A stretch of 20,431 nt of DNA from Octopus sinensis (GCF_006345805.1 NW_021824407.1:1-20431); one strand, 5' to 3'; counted from the stretch's first letter, positions 1-10,799 are shown. Notes: a model not told the origin generated them from the letters alone. Numbers and translations: made by a program.

Positions 1-48
1 TAATATAAGTGTTAACCCAACCATCAGCATTATTTGTATCATTAATGC

Positions 49-93
49 GGTTATTATAATTATTATCCACATCTTTATAACCATTATAATTAC

Positions 94-158
<65 letters not shown>

Positions 159-176
159 TCTATTATTACTATTATT
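49..176. repeat. (TTA)n microsatellite, imperfect at edges
   Basis: Direct reading: near-pure ATT/TTA run ~96-158 with degenerate flanks. Confidence 0.9.
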
Positions 177-351
177 CCTTGTCTGACATCTCTTTTTAAA
201 TATCTTTTCTTATATCTTTCTTACTATCTTTGACTATCTTTTAATTTGTAATATTATTATTCATATAACATAGATACCTTCCGTGCAATGGCATTTGATA
301 TCCAGTTAGTGGCTTGCTTCACGTTGATATGCCTTGATGCTTTATGGAAAT

Positions 352-647
352 ATACTAGTTTCAGTCTCTTTCCCTAGTAGTTAATATTGTTCTTAAGCCT
401 GTTACTTAGTCTATCAGTATCCTTTGGCAAACCGCTATGTTACAAAGTAAAGAAAGTAATGTAGGTTGCAAAAACAAAGACTGATATACGACGGCTTTCT
501 TTCAGCTTCTTCTAACAAATCAACACATAAGGCTTTGGTCGGCCCGTGATTATAAGTAGAAGACACCTGAGCGCGTTAATGTGCAGGCAGGATTGAATCC
601 GAAACCATGTGGTTACAAAGCAAGCTTCTTACCACAGAATTGCCTAT
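352..647 (-). mobile_element. Diverged tRNA-derived SINE (octopus-type), same family as 10213-10550
   Basis: Colinear similarity with the 10213-10550 copy (atatacgacggc.ttctttcag, aaggctttggtc.gccc, gaa.cc.gaaaccatgtggtt, caagct.ctta.cacac). Confidence 0.75.
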
Positions 648-719
648 GTGTGTCTTTGGAACCACAACCACCATCACAGGAGGCCGCTACAATCGACAGA
701 TACAGGAAGGCTACCACTA

Positions 720-1262
720 ACGGACATGTTTTCATGAATGACACTGCCAACAAGCACGGGCGGAGTCCCTGCTCAACCTTACCAATGTCTTATTCGTGGA
801 GCAAATTGTGCTCCGACGTGCCAGGGCAAATAATATACTGGATCTCTGTTTCACAAACAATATGAATATCATCCATGATGTGAAATTCACATCGATACTA
901 GTATCGGATCACAATATACCAGAGGTAACTATGTAGGGACCAAAATGAGGTGCGTATATACAACTTGTAAGAAGCCCTTAAAATCTCTTCAGTTTGAATT
1001 TTCATAAAGCAAACTGGAAATCGAATCAGAAAGAGATTTTCGAAAAGGATCCTCGCGCGAGACATTGATATGAAACTGAAACATTTCATAACCGTAATGC
1101 GACCATATGCGACAAATCTGTGCCAGAGCACAAAACGAATACACAAGTACGAGATTCCCAGGGGAAAAAAGTCTTTGAAAAGCCTTTCATAAAGTCCACC
1201 ATGGTATGAAATGTCACAAACTGAGTGATTTCGGCGTGGTCGGAAAACTTGGTGAATGGCTA
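720..1262 (+). mobile_element. CR1/L2-clade LINE ORF2 remnant: APE endonuclease end + linker, joined by an internal deletion to an RT fragment
   Basis: Frame from 748: QQARAESLLNLTNVLFVEQIVLRRARANNILDLCFTNNMNIIHDVKFTSILVSDHNIPEV (LDL and SDH motifs). Then SLNFHKANWK at 991 and ICDKSVP. 1179-1262 reads KAFHKVHHGMKCHKLSDFGVVGKLGEWL, matching the CR1 RT motif KAFDKVdH. In-frame stops present. Confidence 0.88.
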
Positions 1263-1519
1263 CTTATAAAAGAAAAGAGGTGTGTATGTGTTGTGTGTGT
1301 GTGTGTAGAGTAAGTAAATGAGATTAATAAATTTATATATACATTATAAGTACCAGGCATATATCTTTGAAGCATTCTGTGTTAAACAAATTTGGCTAAC
1401 TATATCAAACAATCATATACCAATAAATGCAAGTAAGAATTTAACATCCAGCATAATTTGTCATGTATGACAAGTAATTCCAAATAGCGCTTAGAAGAAA
1501 TTCAAGAACTTCAGAGTAT

Positions 1520-1745
1520 AAGACAAGAAGAACAAGAATAGAGAACATCACGTCTTTAATTTGTGATTGCACTACAGATTACAAACGATCGTTTCTAATG
1601 CGCCAGCGTATTTAGACACATAAAAAGGTATAAAATATCAATCAAATTTATGAATCCGAAGATATATACTAACACAACGTTATCAAGGTCATCCAAAATT
1701 GCTTAAGTTCAAAGTGAACTAAGAAAACAGCTCTTCAGACGAACG
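1520..1745 (+). mobile_element. Possible highly decayed hAT (SPIN/GTF2IRD2/EPM2AIP1-like) transposase N-terminus
   Basis: Frameshifted pieces DKKNKNREHHVFN, KV*NINQIYES, QRYQGHPK, QSELRKQLFRR in the order expected for KRK..E.RvFN / KeYNikRHYE / Y.G / L.KQ..F. Weak. Confidence 0.33.
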
Positions 1746-1804
1746 CATACAAAAAGAACATTAAGAAGAAATATAATGTTTTCAAGAAAAGCAAGTTTAG
1801 TATT

Positions 1805-1808
<4 letters not shown>

Positions 1809-1846
<38 letters not shown>
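1809..1846. repeat. (TA)n microsatellite
   Basis: Direct reading. Confidence 0.95.
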
Positions 1847-1849
<3 letters not shown>

Positions 1850-1912
1850 AGGGGCTTCTTTCAGTTTCCCTCTACAAAGTGCCACGAAGGTGCCACGTAG
1901 TGGGATTGAATA
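1847..1912 (-). mobile_element. Internally deleted fragment of the tRNA-derived SINE
   Basis: gcgaggggcttctttcagtttcc.tctac and ggtgccacgtagtgggattgaa match 10379-10406 and 10472-10493. Confidence 0.7.
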
Positions 1913-2390
1913 CTTTCCAGTGCTCATTTCGCAATGAACATAGGATCTTCCGTAATGGGGGAAAGATTTCGCCTAGCGTTGTATTTATTTCTATTGAATG
2001 TGGCGGATAACGTGCTTTTTATGATGGAGTTTCACCTATTAATATATGTGTATACCTCTATGTTTGTATACATAAATGTGCGTGTGTGTCTGTGGAGAGA
2101 GAGGAGGGGGGAGAGAGAGAAACTGGAAGATAATGCATTCAAAGACACCATTAAATGCTAGAGCATTTTGGTATGTATTTGCTATGCTGTTCAAAGTATT
2201 CTTCATTATAATGGATTGTGAGGATTCCATCTTGAAATTGCGGGAGTGGAATTTGTAAGGATACATTTTTGTCTGTGTATATATTTATGTATATATATAT
2301 ATATATACATGTACAAGATATATACCTAAAATATAAATATACGTAAATATACACATGCAACTATCTCTATATCTATCCATCAAGCTATCT

Positions 2391-2421
<31 letters not shown>

Positions 2422-2625
2422 CCTGTTTGTATACAGACACATTTGCCCAATGTATTCTTACACACATATATACATTTGAGGTAACAACATGAAATGTAAA
2501 TATACGTATAAATGCATATATCTATCTCTTCCTCCCTCTTTTTTTCTACACACACACACACACACTTATATGCACAGACACATATATATATAGGTATATG
2601 TATGCGATGTACATTTGTATTTTTG

Positions 2626-2667
2626 TCTTATATATATATATATATATTTATATATGTGTGTGTGTGT

Positions 2668-2717
<50 letters not shown>

Positions 2718-2752
2718 CTTATGTATATATATATATATACACACACACACAC
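2626..2752. repeat. Compound (TA)n(TG)n(TA)n(CA)n microsatellite
   Basis: Direct reading. Confidence 0.9.
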
Positions 2753-3097
2753 AAGTGCTCTTATTTCATGTTTGAGCAGTCAGTTCTAAGAAAGCCAAAG
2801 CATCGAACTGTAAAAAACTATTCCTCCATCGAAAATACCAATTCTATGAATGCAATCATTGAAAATAGATAAAATAGTCGAACACACATACACACAAACA
2901 TATATATATAGCCCAAAGCAGATAAATACTTAGATTTATTGTGCATACATTTATATACACGAGGGTATACATGTGCACGTGCATATTTATAATGTACACA
3001 CATATACAAACACACAGACGCACAAACATATATATACATACATACACGTTATATATGGATAAACTCGAATTTGTTAAAACACCCACCACACACACAC

Positions 3098-3132
<35 letters not shown>

Positions 3133-3333
3133 TATATACATATGTTGCGTGCGTATATATATAATCCACCTAATGTCACATCACAGAGGTATTTTAGTGC
3201 AAGTGTAGCAATGCAAACAATGGTACCCAAGACTGAAACTTTATAATATATATTAATAAAGAAATAAAACATATGCATATATATAAACATATATGTACGT
3301 ACTACCTCTACATGTACATATACACGCATATAT

Positions 3334-3639
3334 GAGTACAGGACACCAAAGGGACGTCGAACACAAAGAGAAACGAAAACATAGACACAAACCAAAGGAA
3401 CAGGACATTTTTTTAAAAACAACAAAAAATGGAGTACAGGACAGTTAACACAACGAAAAACCCCTTCTTCAGTCGCTAAGGTTTCATCTACTCTACGTTT
3501 CGAAGGATAAAAGCGAGACGCATCTTCGACCAGAAACTTTCCTTCCTGCGAATAGCAAATCAATTAAATTTCTGAGATCTTTCGCAGAGGGGTAAAAAAT
3601 GGTAAAAAATTGGTCAAAAAACAGGACAGTAACGATAGT

Positions 3640-3643
<4 letters not shown>
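3334..3643 (-). mobile_element. Probable Penelope-like terminal (pLTR-type) repeat, related to 10649-10799
   Basis: Starts gagtacaggac like gggcacaggac (10650), has an A-rich arm, and cccttcttcagtcg parallels cccttcatcagttg (10778). Carries acgtttcga, as in 17272. Abuts (TA)n. Confidence 0.45.
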
Positions 3644-3720
<77 letters not shown>

Positions 3721-3910
3721 AGAGTGAAAGAAAGAAAGGAAGGAAGGAAGGGAGGAACAGACAGACAGATACACAAACACACAGACACAGAACTGACACA
3801 CAGACAGACACACACAGGCAGATAGACACACACAAAAAAGTCAGGAAGGCAGATAGACAAACAGGCAGATAGGCAGGCAGACAGGCAATCAGACAGACAG
3901 ATAGATAGAT
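3644..3910. repeat. Compound microsatellite (TA)n(GA)n(GGAA)n(GACA/GGCA)n(GATA)n
   Basis: Direct reading. Confidence 0.9.
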
Positions 3911-4034
3911 TCTTTTGAGGAACGGTGGATCTTGAAGCACACTTAAAAAATGTGAATAGTAACATGTGAAATGTGAAATATGTGAGACTGTCCAAGGGGC
4001 CCAAAGCCATATGTCCTATAGACATGATGCCAAC

Positions 4035-4063
4035 TGTATGTGCGTGTGTATGTGTGTGTGTGT

Positions 4064-4117
<54 letters not shown>
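4035..4117. repeat. (TG)n microsatellite
   Basis: Direct reading. Confidence 0.95.
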
Positions 4118-4118
<1 letters not shown>

Positions 4119-4263
4119 GCAATTATCCTACTTTATCTAATGCCCGCGGCATGGAAGGTAAAATGAAACATATATATTTTGTTATTATTGCTCAGATGAA
4201 GATGAAGATAATGGAAAATAGCTGATTATCCTTATTTTTCTCTATAGGAGACACTGATTAGTA

Positions 4264-4293
<30 letters not shown>

Positions 4294-4294
<1 letters not shown>

Positions 4295-4391
4295 ACGGAA
4301 GCTTTATGAAAATAGACAAAGACCGCAGGTGGAAAACAACAAAGAACAATTGTATTAGTATGGCGCTCAGGAAATATAAATAAAACAAGTC
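4294..4391 (-). mobile_element. Truncated PLE-type terminal fragment
   Basis: gtattagtatggcgctcaggaaa resembles gtattagtggacgctcaggaa (4975) and gtattatttgacgctcaggaaa (17232). Starts directly after (TA)n. Confidence 0.4.
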
Positions 4392-4427
4392 TCTCTCTCT
4401 TCTATATTATATATATATATATATATA

Positions 4428-4819
4428 CTAGCAGTATCGCCGGCGTTGCTCGGGTTTTGTAAGGGAAATAACTATATAAGCATTTTTAGAGATGTAAAGT
4501 ATAATAGCCATCTCAATATGGCTAACCACAATGGGGGGGGGTTACTGTAGCTTTTTACGTTTCTGAGATTTAATAATACATTTTTAGAGAGTTACTTCCC
4601 CTATATAATAGCAAAAAAATGCATTAAAATGGGAAAAATGATGGTAATTTTCTTTTTTAATCGTAGACTCATCGAAGACGCGCGCTAATACCCAGAAGGG
4701 TTCGATATGAATCACGACTATAAGATACCCGCTTTTGGTTACACTGCACCGCAAAATGTGGGAGTAGTTAGGAATCTAAATTGTAGGAGACAGACACACA
4801 ACTTCACTTTATATATAGA
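4428..4819 (-). mobile_element. Non-autonomous Helitron, copy 1
   Basis: Minus strand begins TC (4819-4818) and ends with hairpin CCG-agcaacgc-CGG then CTAG (4431-4428), sitting between A and T. Three more copies in the window. Confidence 0.8.
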
Positions 4820-4854
4820 TATAACATACATATACATACATATATATAATATAT

Positions 4855-4915
<61 letters not shown>

Positions 4916-4919
<4 letters not shown>

Positions 4920-5010
4920 ATCAAAACAAAGCACAAAGAGAAACACAACAACGCGAGGACGTGGAACAAATATAGTATTAGTGGACGCTCAGGAAGGAAG
5001 GGAAGAAGGA
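4916..5010 (-). mobile_element. Truncated copy of the PLE-type terminal at 17170 (stops before the hammerhead)
   Basis: gttaatc.aaacaa...caacgcgaggacgtggaacaaata.agtatta...gacgctcaggaa nearly identical to 17170-17262. Confidence 0.75.
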
Positions 5011-5012
5011 TA

Positions 5013-5018
<6 letters not shown>

Positions 5019-5048
<30 letters not shown>

Positions 5049-5097
5049 TGTATGTATGTATGTATGTATGTATGTATGTATGTATGTATGTATGTAT
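5019..5097. repeat. (TATG)n microsatellite
   Basis: Direct reading. Confidence 0.95.
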
Positions 5098-5271
5098 TGC
5101 TGACACTGCCGGATTCAATGGTACTGCCCAGGTGCTGAAACCATAATAATATGCGTGGGGCACCTGATGAAAGAGGCACGTTGGATTGTTGTTATGGCTG
5201 TGGTATAGTATTGTAATACATCCTTTTATATATAAATATGTGTGTGTGTATGTGTGTATATAGTTCATACT

Positions 5272-5356
5272 AATCAGTACCACTTGAGCACTGATGGCGA
5301 TTCAATCGAATAGCCCCTTCCTGCAAAATATTCAGCCCTGTGAGTATCTTAGAAAA
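5272..5356 (+). mobile_element. Diverged 3' part of a second octopus-type SINE
   Basis: agtaccacttgagcactg..ggcgatt.aatcga.tagcccc.tcc...aaaat.ttcag.cctgtg resembles a recalled cephalopod SINE tail. Not verified by search. Confidence 0.5.
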
Positions 5357-5762
5357 TGTAATTGTAAAGAAGTAAAATTCACTGTGGCGGTTTCCCTCTT
5401 CATGAGGGACATTAGACTTTGCCTTATATTGGACTCTTTTGTCCTGTTTGGTGTTGTTCCTGGCTGCCTCAAGATCGGAGATTCTTGGTAGCAACAGTTT
5501 CCTTTGGTTCTATTCTTTCGCTTCGATCGATCTATTTTCACATTTATTTTCCAGCTTTTCAAGTATGGTCCTTATCACTTAGCAGTGGGTGACCTTGGTG
5601 TTTGACACTGGAACAAAGCTGACTGGTGTAATCGAGGATATTAGCAAATCATCTATTTCCAGTGTTCAGTGCAACCTATTCCCTAACTTCAAGTTTTGTT
5701 GTTGCAGGTTTTCAGGTCTTTAGAATGTCATTATATCTGAGCATTGGGCGGTATTAGTGTCT

Positions 5763-5827
5763 GGCGGCGAGCTGGCAGAAACGTTAGCACGCCGGGTATT
5801 TCGTCTACCGCTACGTTCTGATTTCAA
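5763..5827 (+). mobile_element. Truncated 5' tRNA-like head of a SINE
   Basis: ggcggcgagctggcagaaacgttagcacgccgg with A-box-like TGGCAGAAACG, broken off within a B-box-like gttctgatttcaa. Confidence 0.65.
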
Positions 5828-5872
5828 TACGTATAAATGCATATATCTATCTCTTCCTCCCTCTTTTTTTCC

Positions 5873-6255
5873 ATACTGCAGAAAGGATACCTTCCAATCT
5901 TCTCTGATGGTGAAATGATTAACGAAGACTCTTTATTTCTAGAAAACGGGCTTCTTGTCACACGGCTGATATGGCCCAAGACTTGTTGGATGAGAATGGC
6001 ATTAAAAAGTTTCCGTGGTCAAGCTTGTCACCAGATATGAAGCCTATTGAACTCTCTGTGATATAATGGACAGGACACTTCATAAAAAGAAGAAAGCATC
6101 TTCAAAGCCAGATATTTTGAGACTGCTTCATGAAACTTGGCGTGATATTTTGCAAGAGAATATTCGCATCATAACAATTAATAAATAATTTGAATGTATA
6201 ATTTCAGATTTAAAGTAATTTTAGTGAGTATCAGGGTGTCTACTTACTTCTGTCA
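5873..6255 (+). mobile_element. Tc1-family transposase C-terminal remnant (D34E) plus 3' region
   Basis: With a frameshift near 5950: ILQKGYLP...SLFLENG/ASCHTADMAQDLLDENGIKKFPWSSLSPDMKPIE, and after a second shift LCDIMDR...LLHETWRDI. There are 34 residues between the decayed second D (N in ENG) and E. This matches the Tc1 motifs DgApCHTA and WPxxSPDlNPIE. A possible partial TIR lies at ~6235-6255. Confidence 0.88.
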
Positions 6256-6339
6256 TGTGTGTGTGTGTGTGTGTGTATGTGTGTGTGTGTGTGTGTATGT
6301 GTGTGTGTGTGTGTGTGGTGTGTGGTGTTTTAGGCTGTG

Positions 6340-6555
6340 TCTATATTCATCACACACATCATTGCTCGAAGGCTTGTGTAGCCTAGTTGACGTTCTTGTG
6401 AATTAACGGTTCGGCTAAAAAGACCGTTTGAATAACCACTAGGCTGTAAAAAAAATCGTACTGGGATAATTTCGTTTGATTAAACCTTTTAAGGCGTAGA
6501 ACTAGCATGGCTGCACTCCGATGACTGCGGCAAGTAAAACGTGAGAGATAAAATA
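6340..6555 (+). mobile_element. Old diverged 3' half of the tRNA-derived SINE
   Basis: acggttcggctaaaaagacc, actaggct, aaggcg...ctagcatggctgca...atgactg...caagtaaaa parallel 14945-15075. Confidence 0.6.
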
Positions 6556-6838
6556 ACGTAAAATATTTGCCCAACTGTTGTAACGATAGTGTGAACGTGC
6601 TGTTTCGTTTTTTGTGCATTTATTATAAATATATGTCTGTATATTTGTGTGTGTAAGTGTGTTCGTGTGTGTCTGCGTAAACGTGTGTAGATACACAGAC
6701 ACACAATACCAGGCTCGCATACATATGTAGACTGGAAGATGTTTCAAATGTATAAATACGTTCACACACGTGCATGCATAGATATGTATGGATTTCTATG
6801 TTCGCAGACCTACATGTAAACATATATAGAAATATATG

Positions 6839-6882
<44 letters not shown>

Positions 6883-7585
6883 TGCATGCGTGTGTGTAAG
6901 TCTGTATGTATCTCTGATACATATAGGGTTCACATACACACACTCAGATATTTCTAACATACGTATAGTTGTATTTTTACGTGTTCTAGGAGTCTTATGT
7001 ATATATTTATATGTCTACTTGGATACACACATGCATATATGCATATTCACACAAATATATGTATATAAATGTGTGTGTGTGTGTGTATATATGTACCTCT
7101 GCGTGTGTGCGTGTGTGTTTTTGGTATATACGATTGTATATATGCACCTTCTCCTTTCTAATATATATATGTATATATATATACGTATGTATATATTTTT
7201 ATGAATATGCATACATACATAAATATACATACACAAACACACAAATATATATATACACTAGATACAGCGATAAATTTATAGAAACAGTTATATGTATGTA
7301 TGTATGTATGTATGCCCGTAAGCGTACATGTGTGTGTGTGTGTGTTTGTGTATGTGTGTGTATGCATATATCTATCGTTGTATATACGTTGTTCGTTATA
7401 AACAACACCATGTCGATTTGTTATCGATAGCTAACAAGATTGATAAGCTGAAACGGTGATTGAATTTAGCTAGAAATCAATAAAGTTCACAAATCTCTGC
7501 AGTCAAAATGGCGGTGGCAATTAGCGGAACGTTTTGATGTTAGCTGAATGTATAGGAAAAGTAAGGAGGAAAGAGCTATATATAT

Positions 7586-7632
<47 letters not shown>

Positions 7633-8269
7633 CATAAATATACATACATATTATGTATATACGTATGAGGGAGAGCGAAGGTGATATAGAAGATGATAGC
7701 AATAGAGACCGATAGAAGAGAGAGGGCAATAAAGTGAGAGTGAGAAAGGGAGAGACAGAGAGAGTAAAAGACAGAGACAGTGAGTGGGAGTTAAAGAGAG
7801 AGTGACCAGCGTAACTTCTTCAATGTTGTAATTAAAAGATTCGTAAAATGCTACACGGAGACACACATATACATACATACATATTTACACGCATAAGTGC
7901 GCATATTTTTACACACATATTTGCACATATAAATACGCATAAATATACATATATACATACGTACATATATGTGCATATATATATACATACATACACATAT
8001 ATATTTACATATAGTGTGGAGTAGTATAAAATGTGGATTTAGAGAATCGTGAGGCTATCACATGAAGCACCTCCTACAGTCCCGGCTATCACTTCACATA
8101 ATAATCAATTACAAAGTAGTGTTAAGTGTTAGTGCATCTGAAAATCCAGATACTTGTATACACACACACACACATTAATTATATGTATATATATGTCTGT
8201 GTCTGGGCGTGTGTGTGTTCATAGATAGATAGATATATTCCTAAATATATATATATATATGTATGTATA

Positions 8270-8352
<83 letters not shown>

Positions 8353-8356
<4 letters not shown>

Positions 8357-8550
8357 AGGATGAAAAGGAACACACGAGTCGATATAAATGAAAAAACAAG
8401 TCAAGATAGAAATGCTAAAATAATTTTAAAAAGAACATTTTAGTACAGGCTTCAGTCATTTTGAGACCTTTTCAACTGTAACGAATAAATAATTAAATTT
8501 AGAAAAATTAAAAGAAATGTTTTTTTTAAAGGAATATTTGTATATCCTAC
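8353..8550 (-). mobile_element. Probable PLE-type terminal repeat with degenerate hammerhead
   Basis: Follows (TA)n(TG)n. Same A-rich arm architecture as 17170. Contains the 8442-8478 motif. Confidence 0.4.
8442..8478 (-). ncRNA. Degenerate hammerhead-like motif, U3-A8 core
   Basis: Minus: AG-UUGAAAA-GGUC ucaaaau GACU-GAAG-CCU-GUA-CU. Core 3-8 pair is U-A, but GAAA is GAAG and stem I is only 2 bp. Confidence 0.4.
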
Positions 8551-8858
8551 TACATGTATAAACACAAGGACAGAACTTTTTGGTTCATGCCCACACGTGA
8601 CTAAATTTCTGTTACGTTTTTGGTCCCCTAAAGAAAACAGATAGAACATGCTTTCTATGTTATGTCCCAAGAAGGTTTTTTTACCTCATCACACCTTCTA
8701 TCATATATTTTATGTATATTTTTATATATTTTTTATATATTTTTTATGTATTTTTATATAATTTTATGGCGAAAAGTGCGAGCGATGTATAAGTACGCAG
8801 GCAAGCAGAGTTATAACACAGTAATTTCCTTTGTATAACGGTATTTTTCATAGCGTTT

Positions 8859-8939
8859 TCAATAGCCAGATAACCGAAGAGATGGTGTTGTGGATTTCAC
8901 TTCGGCATGTGAAACTCAGAGTTTTATCTTGACTATCGA
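8859..8939 (+). ncRNA. Type I hammerhead-ribozyme-like motif, core CCGAAGA
   Basis: Stem I AGAUAA/UUAUCU extended by AUAG/CUAU. Core CCGAAGA 8874-8880. Imperfect stem II (AUG/CAU, GUGGA/UUCAC). GAAA 8911-8914. Stem III ACUC-A-GAGU. Triplet GUU, predicted cut after 8923. Confidence 0.68.
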
Positions 8940-9030
8940 GTAATGTAACATATTATTTTATAGATAAATTTTCTCTATTTACATAATATTGAGGTCTCTC
9001 TTTCTTTTCTTTTGTTATCTTACCGTTTTA

Positions 9031-9033
<3 letters not shown>

Positions 9034-9113
<80 letters not shown>

Positions 9114-9135
9114 TATGTATATATATATTATATAT
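9034..9135. repeat. (TA)n microsatellite downstream of the hammerhead-bearing repeat
   Basis: Direct reading. Confidence 0.9.
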
Positions 9136-9504
9136 TTCATAAATATCTACGCACCTCATTGTAAACTACTAGAGAGTTATAAGGTGAAGTATAACCATTC
9201 ACTCTGAGTGCATTGCAGCTAGTAACAGAAACAGCTGTAAGCTAAAGAATCTGCGTAAATCTTGTTTGCTTGTCACTCCATTAGCTTATGTCTTATGGAT
9301 CAACTGTTACCGTGTAATCTTTGGCGCTCCTCTTTCACCAAGTTTTCTCTTTTCAATGCATTATATTAGAGTCCTTCTACAAATGGCTTCATTCAAAGTT
9401 TCCACAAACGTTGAGGATAATGGAATCACAGACGGTCTGTGCTCGTTTTCTACTGAACCTATTACAATAAAAAAAAACGCCTAAGGTTATGGTTAGGGTA
9501 TTGG

Positions 9505-9834
9505 ACCGGATGACTTGCTAGGACTAATGTAAGTCTTCTACACCAGTTGTACTGATCTTCAATAGCAGTCTTCGTAGCCTCAAATTGATATCTAATGGCT
9601 TCCACAGATTGATGTCCTCTTCTTGATCCTCAGGCGCCTGTGGGTTTATGAGTAGTCAGTACCCATGAGTCATAGAGAATCACTGATTCAATAACTGTTT
9701 TTGTAAAAAAAAATCTTCTTCGTGTTGTTAGGTACGGAGGACTTCTATATGATTCTGAGGCTGTCTAAGGCATTCACTACTTTCGTAATCCTTACCTGGA
9801 TACCTGTTTCTGTTGAAGCAATGTTATTTTCCAG
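9505..9834 (-). mobile_element. RTE-clade LINE 3' remnant
   Basis: Minus translation LENNIASTETGIQVRITKVVNALDSLRII*KSSVPNNTKKIFF / KTVIESVILYDSWVLT, then KTAIEDQYNWCRRLTLVLAS. This matches the post-RT RTE pattern YLGS.I..TE.DI..RI.KA...L..IWKS...K...F...VES.LLYG...W.LT and the terminal AM.DR..W. Confidence 0.8.
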
Positions 9835-10212
9835 GTTAGGATTAGGATTAGAGTTAAGGTGGGGACTGCAGTTAGATTTGGCTTTCCATGATGTATCTAC
9901 TCTCAGTATGATTCACACATTGCTATTTTAAAGAAAATTGAAACAATTTGTAAAACAAAATTATTTTTCTTACCTTTCGCGTAAATTATTTATCCTGAAA
10001 ATAAGGAAAATAGATAATTATTAGAAAGGTAATAAGAATATGGAAGACTTCTGGATATGTATATGCATGTATAGATGTATATAGATTGATGGATGCAAGT
10101 TAATACATTATATATGGGTGCATGTGTCCATGTATGTAGGTACGATTGTGCGTTTGTATGTATTTATGTTCATTTATGTTCAACCAGTGACCTAGCATAC
10201 TTTAAAAAATCC

Positions 10213-10550
10213 GGATTCTTTGTAAGCCTAGTACTTATTCTATCGGTCTCTTTTGCCGAACTGCTAAGTTACGGGGACATAAACACACCAGCATTGGTTG
10301 TCAATCGATGTTGGGGGACAAGCACAGACACACAAATATGTTCACACACATAAATACATACATATATATACGTATATACGACGGGCTTCTTTCAGTTTCC
10401 ATCTACCATCTACCAAATTGACTCACAAGGCTTTGGTCAGCCCGAGGTTATAGTAGATGACACTTGCACAAGATGCCACGCAGTGGGACTGAACCCGGAA
10501 CCACGTGGTTGGTAAGCAAGCTACTTAACACACAACCACACTTGCACCTA
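10213..10550 (-). mobile_element. tRNA-derived SINE (octopus OK/OR-type), near complete, with internal (TA/CA) tract
   Basis: Minus 5' end ataggtgcaagtgTGGTTGTGTGTTaag (A box) ... GGTTCAGTCCC (B box, 10495-10485). The 3' half is homologous to 14867-15086. Confidence 0.85.
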
Positions 10551-10648
10551 TATAAACATATATATATATAATATAAATAATATTTATGCATATATATACA
10601 TACGTATATATACATACTTACATCTATACGTATATAAATATCCATATG

Positions 10649-10799
10649 TGGGCACAGGACGTAACAAAACGTGTACAACAAAAAATACGAAGTACGTGTA
10701 CATAGAATATGAACTATTTTTTCGAACAACGAAAGATGCAAATAGAAAACAAGACAAAGAGCACAATAAAAAACGGCCCTTCATCAGTTGTTGGCTGTT
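10649..10799 (-). mobile_element. Truncated PLE-type terminal with CUGAUGA
   Basis: Homologous architecture to 3334-3480. TCATCAG at 10781-10787 is CUGAUGA on minus. Interrupted by the next element. Confidence 0.4.

Noticed and set aside
581-865. 94-aa ORF
   Set aside because: Spans the SINE/LINE junction and is off-frame from the real endonuclease remnant.
1934-2266. Possible host exon(s) in complex sequence
   Set aside because: No recognisable protein motif or convincing splice-site pair, and it is interrupted by simple repeats.
3460-3535. Hammerhead candidate on minus (UCGAAGA...GAAACGUA...CUGAAGA)
   Set aside because: Core words are present, but I could not form convincing stems I and II in either topology. 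Kept only as a PLE-like terminal.
5160-5185. Canonical CUGAUGA at 5164-5170 followed by acgttgg
   Set aside because: No stem II and no GAAA. At best a deleted relic.
7438-7465. UUGAUAA-gcu-GAAAC motif
   Set aside because: Stem II is only 3 nt and there is no valid UH site or stem I. Likely chance.
10485-10545. tRNA gene
   Set aside because: A and B boxes are present, but they continue into a SINE body and I could not form a cloverleaf.
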